Positions 1 to 11,340 of a stretch of DNA of 64,000 bases are shown in pieces (the first letter of the stretch is position 1; every line of letters starts with the position of its first letter). Made by a program: the position numbers and the translations under genes. Where the stretch lies: positions 8,246,001 through 8,310,000 of the forward strand of contig JAQFVV010000003.1 of NCBI GenBank assembly GCA_028023455.1, in the 5' to 3' direction. The stretch is from Epiperipatus broadwayi. Lineage: Eukaryota; Animalia; Onychophora. The notes under the pieces are model-generated. The model saw only the letters and a list, made by a program, of their open reading frames with translations. It had not been told where the DNA came from and made no database searches.

Positions 1-313
1 TAGCATCTGAATATTTAGAAATAATAACATACAATAATATTATGGATGTAATTGATATAGCCATATACATTTTTCCTTCTAGAGAAGAGAGTTTCTGAAG
101 ATCATTTAAATTATTTTATTTTTTTCATACCAATTTATGGTTAAACATTATTATTTATATTATACATAAAATAAATATTTTTGTTGTAGTTGACTGTTAA
201 TAATTTTTCTAATTTATACACTATGTTTTGCATATTGATGATTGTGTGTTTGTTATTTATATATGCATATATAATAAAATTCAATATTTTTAAAGATGAA
301 TTTTATATTTTAG

Positions 314-450
314 GAGGATATTATCTCAGTTTGGAATAAGACAGCTAGTGATCAAACAACAACTTCTCGTATTCGTGATACTCTTCAGAGAATTTTAAAC
401 CTGCCCCCAAATACTATCATGGAATATAAAACGCACACAGACAGCCTCAA
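314..450 (+). CDS. EIF4E2: eIF4E2 (4EHP, class II eIF4E cap-binding protein), penultimate coding exon
   Basis: Acceptor ttttatattttag at 312-313 and donor GTTAGT at 451. Translates EDIISVWNKTASDQTTTSRIRDTLQRILNLPPNTIMEYKTHTDSL+AA, recognised as nearly identical to the metazoan 4EHP C-terminal region (EDIISIWNKTASDQATTARIRDTLRRVLNLPPNTIMEYKTHTDSIK). Upstream exons lie outside the window. Confidence 0.97.
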
Positions 451-1645
451 GTTAGTACCTTTGCTTAATGCATGATGGGAGTTTTTTAAAAAAAATTTTT
501 TTTTTAGTTTTTAGGCTGAAGGTAAAAACTTTGATATGTATATTTTTTATTTAATAATTTTACTTTTATATTTATTGTACTGTATATATTTTTTTATATT
601 ACGTTCATTTAATCACTAAAGTTTAATCATTAAATAATTAGACATTAGGCTTTTATATGATGTATAGTGACTTTATTTTATATATTTGCTCCCTTTTCGT
701 AAACAAAGAATAAAATGAACAAAAATGGAATTGATTATATGTTTTCATTATAAAATCAGAAACTCTAATAGGCCTTAAAGTTTTTTTTCATTCAATCCAA
801 TTAATCAGAATATATTGATGAGTAAATAGATATCTCAATATTTTTAGCCATAAACTAAAATGAGGTTGAAAAATGATCGAATTCTCTCCACTTGTTAAAC
901 CTGGTAAAGGATGGGCTATTGAAGAGTGCTTTGCATTAGGCTATTTAGTCTATTATTGTCATTATATAAATTTGAACTTATGTTAAACACTTTCTGGCAA
1001 GCACAAAGTGTAAAAAATTAAATAATTGCAAAAACAAGATGTATAAATCAGCACAATTCTTGTTTGTCTCATGTTCAGAGACCATTTCTTGTAATATATT
1101 CTAATTATTTTTTTAAAAATATTTTCATATCTGGTTTGATTGGGAATTTGATTTAAGCAACAAGTCTTAAAATATTACACATTCTTAAATCGAAGACTGC
1201 CTGTATTTGATTATTTACATATTTATATACATTATAAATAAAGCAGTTTTAAATAAGAATAGTTAAATATCCATTTATGAAGTAATATTGGATGGCTAGC
1301 CTAGTTGATAATGAGCTACTATATGAAGGAAAAAAAGTCCTAAGTTTGCTTATAAATCATGAGCTACTTAAAAAAATGTTTAAGTTTTCCTTAAACAATT
1401 ATGGGCATGGCAAGTAGATGTGCTAACCATTACATCACTCCATCTTTCATTTAGCTATATAAAGATTTTAATATTTTGAATGGTATATATTAAAAGTATA
1501 GTATTGAAGGAATTTGATAAATCATCTTTTAATTATAATAATTATATTTTCTACTTATCTTCATATTGTTTTTGGATTAGCATTGTAATTTGTTCTACTC
1601 AGATCCATTTAATATAAGTCTTGAGTAATCAGTGTATATTAGTTG

Positions 1646-1792
1646 CCAAAATCACACTTTTCTTTATGTTTGCCGTAATATCATATAAATATAATTTATC
1701 CAAACTTCAAACACTTTTAGCAGGTCAGTCGAAACGTAGGTGTATGTACAAATAAAGTTTGCTAAAAGTGTTTGAAGTTTGGATAAATTATA
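1646..1792 (-). mobile_element. Penelope-like fold-back footprint, family 2
   Basis: Perfect 34-bp inverted arms (1689-1722, 1760-1793) and a spacer holding a hammerhead 3' half (CAGTC-GAAAC) plus AATAAA. Unpaired 43-nt tail on the left and 13-bp TSD TGTATATTAGTTG (1633-1645, 1793-1805). Confidence 0.72.
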
Positions 1793-4700
1793 TGTATATT
1801 AGTTGGTAGTGCTACATCCATGTTCTGTCTAACAACCTTCTTCATCTATATGCAATAACGATCTTTAGCCAGAAATTAATTTGGGAATGTAGTACTACCA
1901 GATAATATTCATTGATTATTCAAGTTTACATTTGATGACTCTGGAATAGAATGAATTACTGCTTCTAAAAGCCCAAGTATAAACATTTCAGAGTACACGA
2001 GCTATATAGAAACATATGTGATGACTATTTGGAACATGAAAAATCAAAAATAGTTTTTGATATATAGTAATATGTTACTATAAAATACTTTGCCACTCTT
2101 CTCATTCCTTATAGTCTAAATGAAACAGTCCTTGCTAAATAAAATAACAGCTGGAAATATCACAAAGTTAAAAATAAATAAATAGAAACTCTTTTTCAAA
2201 GAGAATTTACTAAAATAAATTAAGCATCTTTAATAGATTCATGCTTTTTAATCTTCAAGTTCAAATCTTCAAAACTTCTTTTCAGTAATAAAATATATTT
2301 GATGATTTCATTAGATTTTCTTATCTATATTACTCTTACTGTTTAAATATGATATCTTTATTTTTTAACATTCAATATTTCTCTGTAAATTGCTTCTAGA
2401 AAAAAACTACATTAAGTAATTAAAAGATGTTCATCTGACAGATTTTATTTATATCTTGATATTTCATGCCTACATTACTGTTTTTCTTAAAGCTAAAGGA
2501 CATGATACATTTTACATTCATTAACTTGATAGCTTCTATAACAACTAGCTTGCAGAAATCCTTTGGTGGGCAACATTGAATTTATGTCTCTGATTAGGAG
2601 AACATAACAAGATTAAAAATAACTTTTTTTTCTTTTCCATAAGCATATTAAATTCAAAGAATTATAATAAATTATTTTAAAAAAAATTATTTTCAGTTGC
2701 AAGCCAATAACAAATATGATTGAAACATTTCATGGTTATAGTCTACACAATTAAAAGGTTTATTGGTGATCTTCAGAATATGCTGGACTAGACATTAACA
2801 GTTTACAATTATCCAAGTGAATACAATTATCAACACAATTATTAATGCTTCTGATTTTCTACTTACATTATAAATAATTCTATAATTGTATGAAAGATCA
2901 TGATAAATATCATGACCTTTCATCCAAGTGGCAGACTACACACAATTCCATTCAATCTAATTAAGATTTAGTTAGTGTTTTACTTCCTTATTCAGTAGAA
3001 AATCAATCCAGGAACATTTAAACATATTGAAAATGTTATATTACTATATTTCAAATCACATGAATGCCTCTGTATTGTTTGCTCACCAAAATTTGCAATA
3101 TTCGCCACTATGATTATTTTGATTTCTTACATGTTATTTAATAATAACAGTTTTACTATGTCTTTCTGATCACTCCAACTACTAAAAGATTCCTACTTCC
3201 ATCTTCTTTACCTTTCTAAATATGATATCCTCTTACTTAGCAATCAGACTTTTAGAAGAATGCTCCACACACATATTTTTAAACTTATTATAATTTTAAT
3301 TTCAAGATAAAAATGTGGCTTTCAAATAATTAAGAATGTCTTTGGATGCTGCCTTAAGCATATCAATGATTTCCAATATTTGTTTTACTTATATGGTAAG
3401 AATATTCATAGGCATTTAAAGCAAGATTTCCTTAATAGTAATCTGATTTTTTTATCTACCATTTGATTTTCTTCAACAATGTCTATGTTAATTGTTTTGT
3501 TTCATCATAACTAATCTATATATACATTTAATATAAAAGATTTGTTTTCTCAGAACTATTTTAAACACTGTATCTTATGCCAAAACTCCAATTTTCAATA
3601 TGATTATCTGATGGTAACCAATGTGGCAATCCAATATCATCTTTTTTAGCATAATGCTTTTAATAGTGGCAGTGACTATTATTATATGTGCACTTTAGAT
3701 CAGTTAGAAAAATATATCTTCTTTAATGTAGTTCCAAAGATGACACTAAATATCAGTGGATACAATTTCAAGATTGATCCCACAATTCTTCAAGTCATAT
3801 CAATAAAATTATGTCTGCATTATGCCTTGACCAAGTCATCAAAGATAACATTATAGTAGTTATTAATCATCATCTGTTCATTTCCATTAACATAAGCTAT
3901 GAATGTTTATCTGCTAATATACCACTAATCAGTCAATGTTTTTATAATAATCAAAAAATTCATGTTTCGATTCATGGGTATAATGTAAAAGTTTTAAATT
4001 TGTGTAACACTTTATATAGAGATGGTGATCATGTGTTATATAGAGATGTACATGCTGTAAATATGTTTCTGAAAATAAATTTGTTTAGCATAGTGTATAT
4101 ATTTAAAGGTATGTATGTGCAGCAATTATTAGTGGTTATAGGGATGTATATATATGTAGAGAGAGAAGCAGTGTGTAATAATATATAATTGTTGAATTTC
4201 CATCTTTTTTTTTGTATAAAACATATAGAACAATTGCTTTTGTTTAATTTTATATTTTAACAGAACATTTTTTTAAATGCAAACAATATATACATATATA
4301 TTTGAATATTAGTTTAACCACACAGTACAAGGACAAAAAAGTTAATTCTTTATTTATTTGTTGCCTTTGTTAAAGCATCTTTTCTATATCTGGTGTAAGT
4401 TTCTTGCCATGGTTTTTCATGGAATACTTTGCTATCACAGGTTCTAGAAAAATCTACAATTCATTAGATCTTGTTGACAAGGCATTTCTTAAATCCACTA
4501 TCTCAAAAGAAAAATGCCACATAATATTACTAGATTTCTCTTTATTATTTTAAAGTAGTATTCCAGTGCATGGATATATTGTGATTAATAATGCAATAAT
4601 CTATGACTTCATATCACTTTTTTTTAAAAAAAATCAGCTTCATTTAAACTGAAAAGTGGGATGGAAATTTTTTATTCTAAGCATATTATTGTGTCAGTTA

Positions 4701-5544
4701 GCATTATTTTTACTTAACTTCTGCAGCTGAAGTTTATATATGTATTATTTGTAAGCCTTAAGAATACTTTTTAAGGCTTCTATTTCAGAAGATAACTAAT
4801 AAGATATTTGGGATTTTCTGCTTCAGTAAGCAAAGATAGAAATCATCATGCCATTAACATTTATTTTCCTTAAATATTCGGTATTATTGATTTGCAGACT
4901 GGATGTAGTTTGTAGAAGTTTTTTATTTTTACTTTCAATTTTTAAGATTTATTTTTCTCAGAAATTACTAATCTGTAAAAATAATAGATACACCTTAATT
5001 CAAATTATTATGCATTTATGGGAATACTGTTAATCCTATAGCCATTAATACTCTTCCATGAATGAAGGACATAAATGTCTACGATTTTTTTTTTTTTGTT
5101 GTAAAACTTATGAAATAATTGTTGTGAATTAGTTTTTCTCATTGTGATTGTTGTTAATAATATTGATTTTAAAGATTCTGGGTGTGTTCTGCTTTCAATA
5201 ACTCACTGCATTTATTTATTTTCAAAGGTGATAGTACTGAAATATTAATGTGTTTTATCAGTACTATTATGAAAAAGTTTATTACATAAGACAGAACTTT
5301 CAAAAAAAGAAGCATAGAAATATATTTGCTTTAACAATACAGTTGTAATGAGAAAACATATTCTAATAACTAAAATGTAAATCTACTAATATTACATGTA
5401 GGATAAAAATTCTCTTTTTAGAATGATGGATTTAATAATAAAAACATTTTAAGATAAAAAAAAATATGATTTTGAATATAGTAAATTATTAAGATAATTG
5501 TCATCGTTTTATGTAAAGATCATATATTATGTAAAAAGATGTAT

Positions 5545-5746
5545 CACATAATCACTATTTCCTATGCTTATATAAGCTGTTAAAACAGGCAAAACTCACC
5601 ACACAGTGGGCCATCTAATGCAAGGCACAAGCTAGCAACTAGTCTGGGGATGGCACTAGATAGGGATTTTATGCAATCTTCTTGCATCCATTGATTACTC
5701 TGGTTTTCACTGGGTGGCACTACTGTATGGAGAGTTTTACCTCTTT
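5545..5746 (-). mobile_element. family 1 copy A, short internally deleted fold-back in opposite orientation
   Basis: Same ends (caggcaaaactc.../...gagagttttacct) and tail (cacataatcactatttcctatgctt). Exact 13-bp TSD TAAAAAGATGTAT (5532-5544, 5747-5759). The hammerhead core is partly deleted. Confidence 0.8.
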
Positions 5747-6481
5747 TAAAAAGATGTATTTTGAATTATTACTAAGAGAAGTAGTATAGAGGTAGGAAAA
5801 TCAAATATCATTCATACTGGATATAAAAACATAATGCATTGACTTTTATAATGTGCAAAAAAAAAAAGTATCTTTGCAACTCAACGTAGACTTCAGTATG
5901 CTGAGTGAATGTTTGTTTATTGTAGTGTTTATTTTAATTTGTTACAAAATATTTTCTAAAGGGAAAATTTGACTTACATAACAAGTTATGGCTTGATCAA
6001 CTGCTGTTTCACTAACTTCAATTGTATTAATTTTTTTAATTAATACTAACTTTTTTTTTTCATTATTCCTAGACAGTTTTTAATCTATTTAACTTTTTAA
6101 AAATAACTTAAATATTATTTTAATGTTTGTATATGCACACTTTCTGTATATATATTGGAAAGGATCCCAGTATTGTTAAACTGAATTATTTGGCTGATTC
6201 ACTTAATAGATTGATATAACTTTGTAGTTGATTGACCTTATTAAGAGAATAATTTAAGCTATGAATTTTTAAAGAGGTCATAACATATATTTTTTTAGTA
6301 GTTCTCTATTAATAGTCATTGAATAATAATGTAGTTTCCAGTGTTGATGAATTTAATTTTTAAAATAAATTAATGGATATTAATACTTTTTAAACAAATA
6401 ATTATTTTCTATTAAAATGTTTTTGTTTTTTTTTTGTTTTTGTAAGACACTAATATAGCTTTTGAATTTATATTTTATTAG

Positions 6482-6548
6482 GGATAATTCTAGTTTTCGG
6501 AATACAGATGTTTTTATGAGGAGACAGGACAATTTTCTGGACAAATAA
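6482..6548 (+). CDS. EIF4E2: eIF4E2 last coding exon
   Basis: Acceptor ttatattttattag at 6480-6481. The phase-2 join AA|G gives K-DNSSFRNTDVFMRRQDNFLDK-stop (TAA 6546-6548). DNSSFRNT matches the known 4EHP C-terminal isoform that follows TDSIK. Confidence 0.93.
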
Positions 6549-6654
6549 TTCGCACAAGAATTGGCAAGACAGATAACTAACTCTCTTGAATGTGAGATTT
6601 GTAATTTATTGTACAGTTTTTGATGTTTTATTTTTACTTTTGATCTTTATATAC

Positions 6655-6660
6655 AATAAA
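6655..6660 (+). promoter_or_regulatory. candidate polyadenylation signal for eIF4E2
   Basis: AATAAA about 107 nt after the stop codon, followed by T-rich sequence. The hexamer is common in this AT-rich DNA. Confidence 0.35.
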
Positions 6661-7300
6661 GTTATTTTTCTTTGCATTAAAAGGATTTGAATTACAGAGT
6701 GAAATATTTTAAACACACAAACACATTTTATCATTGTATTAATGTATACATGCATTTATTTATAGTTAATATTATTATAAAATTCATATTCAATGATATA
6801 TAGTTATAATATTTACAAATATTAATTTATTGTCATCCAATTTGTTTGTTTACGAGGAAGCAATTTTTGAATATATGGTATCGACAAATTACTTCTGATG
6901 ATAATCAATTGTAATCACTTGGTTATAGCAATCTATTGCCAGTTTTCTATCTTTAGGCAAAAAACTTAACATACACGACATCATTATATAAAATATTAAA
7001 TAAGTTCAAAGGCCTGACAATTTATTGGAAGTGGGAATAATTTTAAGAAAATGGAAATTCAGTTCTACTTATTATCAAAACAATTAAGCATTAATTGTTT
7101 CATTGTTAGCTGTGAATTGAATAATTTTAGTTAATATATATGCTAAAGGAAGAGGAAATAGTTATCAAGGATTGTTTTGATCAGCCTAATGACACAATTG
7201 ATTATTTACTACTGCTACATATAATTTAGTTTAGCATTTATTTGTATAATTTTCTTTATATATAAAATAATTTTTCTATGTAATTGGGTAATGAATATTT

Positions 7301-8527
7301 GGTAGTTTTCTATCTATCGTGTCAGCCGCATGATGGCGCTATTTCTAGGTAAATTCCTAGAAACATACCGTTTCAGCGGCCTCACCCAATGCAAGAGGCT
7401 TCTTTCTATGATAAAACACAGAGTCCCTGCCGGCTGCCACTCTGGCTTTTTTCTATACTAAAAGCACAGACAAATACCTTTATTGGCTGCCATAGTTGGT
7501 TGTGTTATTCACTCTATCGTAATACTAGAATGTCTATTTTCTCTATAGTTTCATGTGAATGGATTTCAGCCTGTCATAATTTTTTAAAATTTCATTACAA
7601 AAATTTTTTTTTTCAAGTGCTCTAACCTACTGTTACGTTGTAACTTTATTAACAATGTCATGAAGGTTCCATTACGAACGTGTAACCCTCAAAAATTGCT
7701 TTTAAGGGTGCGACACAGCAGTATTTCGATGATCACACGAAAATGAGAATTCGTCCATGACAAGTTACTTTTTATATATACACCCAAACAAAAACAACCC
7801 AGTTTCTGATTAATTCCTGTCAATACCAAAAAAAAAAGAAAATTAGTTGGGTATCATTTTTAAATTTAGTATTTAAGTAATATTACTTTTTATATATACA
7901 TACTAACAAAAACAACCCAGTTTCTGATTAATTACTGTCAAAAAAAAAAGCAAATTAGTCGGGAATCATTTTTAAATATAATATTTAAATGTTACTTTTA
8001 ATGGTATATTCACATTCACACAAACAAAAATAATCCAGTTTCTGATTAATTACTGTCAAAAAAAAGCAAATTAGTCTGGTATCATTTTTAAATTTAGTAT
8101 TTAAATGTTACTTTTTATATATACACACTAACAAAAATAACCCACTTTTTGATTAATTACTATCAAAAAAAAAACAAATTAGTCAGGTATCATTTTTAAA
8201 TTTAGTATGAATTTATAAATTTTGTGTAAATTGAAAAATGTATAATTGCGTATTATTTTCTATTAAAAAAATACCGTAACTTTTTATATACACACAAACC
8301 ACAACAACCCATTTTATGATTAATTACTGTCAAAAAAACGTAAATTATTCGGGTATCATTTTTAAATTTAGTGTGAATTTTTAAATTTTGGTTAAATAGT
8401 AATATTATTTACTATAATTTCCTATTACAAAACTAAAGCCGATAGTTATATAGAATCGTAATATGCATGTGTTTTTGGTTAGCATCAACGCCATCAAATG
8501 GCTGACACAATAGAATAGAAAAGTACC
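7301..8527. mobile_element. non-autonomous DNA transposon (MITE), Merlin-like
   Basis: Imperfect ~38-bp TIRs (7301-7338, 8489-8527) starting GGTAG/GGTAC, and exact 8-bp TSD GAATATTT (7293-7300, 8528-8535). No transposase ORF. GGNRM termini with an 8-9-bp TSD fit Merlin; the superfamily call is inference. Confidence 0.75.
7764..8395 (+). repeat. five imperfect ~110-125-bp tandem units inside the MITE
   Basis: Units start at about 7764, 7882, 7991, 8107 and 8276 with the shared core ttactttttatatatacac..aacaaaaacaacccagtttctgattaattactgtcaaaaaaa..aaattagtcgggtatcatttttaaatttagt. Confidence 0.9.
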
Positions 8528-8939
8528 GAATATTTTATAAAATTACTCTTAAAAATTAAATTACAAAAAGAAATTAAACTTGTAAATACTTTTTTTTATC
8601 TCAGTGAAACAAGAGTATATAATTAAATAGTGCAATTGTACTTAATGAATGCTTAATATAATAAATATGCATATTTATAGCCGTGCATGATTTGGTGATA
8701 GTGGCAGCAGCCAAGTATGGAGTTCAAGATGTAGGGATAGCAGCCCATCTCTTATCTTTTCTAGTGCTCAAACGTGAATTCTCAATCAATTAATCATTTG
8801 ATTATTTACTTATTTTATATCTTGGGTAAATAATTTCATGATCAACTATATATAAAATATTTTTTTATAAAGAAAATAATTTTCAAATACATTCAACGAT
8901 TTTAACTATGACTTTCAATTTTGAAAAACAATATTCTTT

Positions 8940-9270
8940 ATTATTGACATCGAAACTTATTTCAATCTTTCAACATTTTATTTTATTTTTTTGTTTTGTA
9001 AAAAAATGATAGAAGTGATATTAAAATATATAAATGTAACTTATACCATTTATTTATGTTTTATATTCTTCTAGACATCATTTCATCAGATGCTGATTTA
9101 TTTGTTAGAATTATATTAGTCCTACTATAATGATATGTGCAATAAATAATAAAATACTGAATTTAGTCAGCACTGAAGATGCCAGGGAGCAGAGCCCTCT
9201 AGTATGTATATAACATTTGTGAATTCTAAAAAAAAAAATTATATTTTATTTTACAAACGGCTACATTATG
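8940..9270 (+). repeat. dispersed repeat, paralog of 15330-15592 + 18877-18935; possible third Penelope-type pLTR
   Basis: Collinear similarity seen by eye (ttattgacat.gaaa.tt.tttcaatc...gatattaaaatatataaatgtaa...aataaaatactgaattt...agcactgaaga...ctagtatgta...ttgtgaattctaaaaaaaa...ttttacaaa.ggctacat). Confidence 0.75.
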
Positions 9271-9548
9271 TCCTAGAAGTTTGCTAGAGAGAATAATTCC
9301 TAGAAACTTATTTTGCATTTTAGCAGAATTGGGAATCAAGGGAAGATCCACAGATCAATCTGAAAGTCAATTGTCAAGAATTAACTCTGAGTTAAGAAAT
9401 TTTTCATCATTAATTTTTATTATACTTATTTAATAACTGCTATGACTAAAACTCAATTCATAATATATTTATAATTGATTACTGAGTGCTAAGTATGTGT
9501 GTTTATTCATATATACACATAAGTAGTTATTTAGTAAAATGATATATC

Positions 9549-10154
9549 TGTAAAAGTAAATGTATGTACGTGTATGCCAAAGGCATACACATTATTTTAA
9601 AAAGCACTTAGATTAATTAAATAGTTTTAAATAAAAGAGTAAATCTTACACTTATAAAGATTAGCTATATTGATAAATAATCAGTATTAGAAGAGATATT
9701 AATCTTAGTTAAAGTAAAGAAAGCCACTGCCTAATCAGATTTGATGATAATGAAAACGCATTGCTAAAAATAGATAATTGGAATATGAACTGTGCTATCT
9801 GATCACAAGAATCGAATATGGGAACTCTAGATATGGACTATCACATGAGCAGCTGATGGCCAATCAAGAGACAGTCTACAACACCCAGGAGTGTGTGTAG
9901 AAGAACAAGAACAGTGACTTGCTAGGTGAAGCTCCAGGAATGCAGACATACCATCTGATGGATGCTTGTAACCTCGACTTCACCTTAGCCTTTGCGGAGT
10001 TTACCTCCAGACATATGAAAGTAAAACTTACAACAGGTCGTATCGATCTATAATATTATTTTATAAGCCTTCGGGCTCATATTGTTATCTTCATGTTTAA
10101 CGCTTTGTAAATAAAACTTTGTTACCTTGAAATTACTTGCTGAACCATTTCACA
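9549..10154 (+). mobile_element. possible solo LTR
   Basis: TGTAAAA...TTTCACA termini, a locally higher-GC interior with a CCAAT box (~9860) and AATAAA (~10110). No matching TSD. Confidence 0.35.
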
Positions 10155-10884
10155 TTATTCTTAGTATTTCTTTATTTAATTGTGTTTGCAATCCAGCAGG
10201 CAATAGAGTGCCACTGGATAGAGCATTGAGCAAAATCTATTATTTGTACAAATCTGCCAATCTGAAATATAATTATTGAAAAAGATATTTTGTCAAAGGA
10301 TTTTACTTAGAAGACCTTGCAATTGCCTCTCAACTATTCTACGTTGTAATTAATGAAACTTGATTTTTAAATTCAAGAAATTATATAAATTTCTAAATCT
10401 TAAGATAATTTACTAAAACTTGGCATTGGTTTTATAATGGAATAAACATACAAGTAAAAAACAAAGCCATGTGTGGATTTAACACAATGTATATTTTTTG
10501 GGAAATAAAATAGTACTGAATTTTCCAATGTGCACACAAACTAAAAGCAAAATAGATAAAAGTTATATCTATTAAAATGATGCAGGTGTAAAATATATTT
10601 AGCGTTGGGTAATGCATATTTTTTCTTTTGTTAATACATAAAGCATTCAATTATAGAATACTTTTATCATTATTTTTATTAATAATTTCTATTTCTCTAA
10701 CACTTGCTACAAACTATTGATTTTGTTTTACTTCAGTGGTATAAATATAATATAGCATTATTTCTGTAAATATACTTATTAAAACAGGCAAAACTCTCCA
10801 TACAATAGTGCCACTCAGTGCAAGCCAGAGTAATCAATGGATGTCAGAAGGCTTGTGCATAAAATCCCTATCTAATGTCTGCTC

Positions 10885-10943
10885 AGCCAATATCCCCAGA
10901 CTAGTTTCTAGCTTGTGGTTTTCGTCAGTGAGGAGCTTTGAAT
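10885..10943 (-). ncRNA. hammerhead motif in inverted arm of copy B (stem II mismatch)
   Basis: The reverse complement reads ctcctcaCTGACGAaaaccacaagctaGAAActaGTCtggggatattgg. Stem II is AAC/GCT with one mismatch. Confidence 0.55.
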
Positions 10944-11281
10944 CTGAGAGCACTGCACCTAGATCTTAGGATCTAAAGCAACCCTCCAGCAGCCATATTT
11001 TATCTTTACTTAACTACGAGTCTAAAATTGGAAAACATAATAATATTTTAGTGGTTTAATACCAATATCTGTCTAATAGGGTAGTGGTGGCTATGATTAT
11101 TAAAGAACCAAAGGCACCAAAATGTATGGGTACTGAACTGAGTTCATACCTATATGACTATATAGGTAATAAGCTTGGATTGAAAATATTGTTTTCAATT
11201 TTAGACTCATAGTTTTGTAGTTAAGTAGAGATAAAAGATGGCTGCTGGAGGGTTGCATTAGATCTGGTGCAGTGCTCTTAG

Positions 11282-11340
11282 ATCCAAAGCTGCTCACTGA
11301 CGAAAGCCACAAGCTAGAAACTAGTCTGGGGATATTGGAT
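11282..11340 (+). ncRNA. minimal type I hammerhead ribozyme motif
   Basis: CTGACGA at 11297-11303, stem II AGC/GCT, GAAA at 11317-11320, GTC at 11324-11326. One G-G mismatch in proximal stem I. Confidence 0.72.

Noticed and set aside
1804-1900. ~16-bp imperfect inverted repeat as a mini-MITE
   Set aside because: No TSD and no second copy in the window; too short to classify.
3811-4188. 125-aa ORF from the track, and similar F/I/L/Y-rich ORFs across the window
   Set aside because: The composition is what AT-rich non-coding DNA yields, with no recognisable domain. This one lies inside the eIF4E2 intron and may be the antisense of a decayed LINE RT fragment.
7764-8395. Tandem array as a CRISPR array
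   Set aside because: The units are long, degenerate and contiguous without unique spacers, and the context is eukaryotic with spliced genes.
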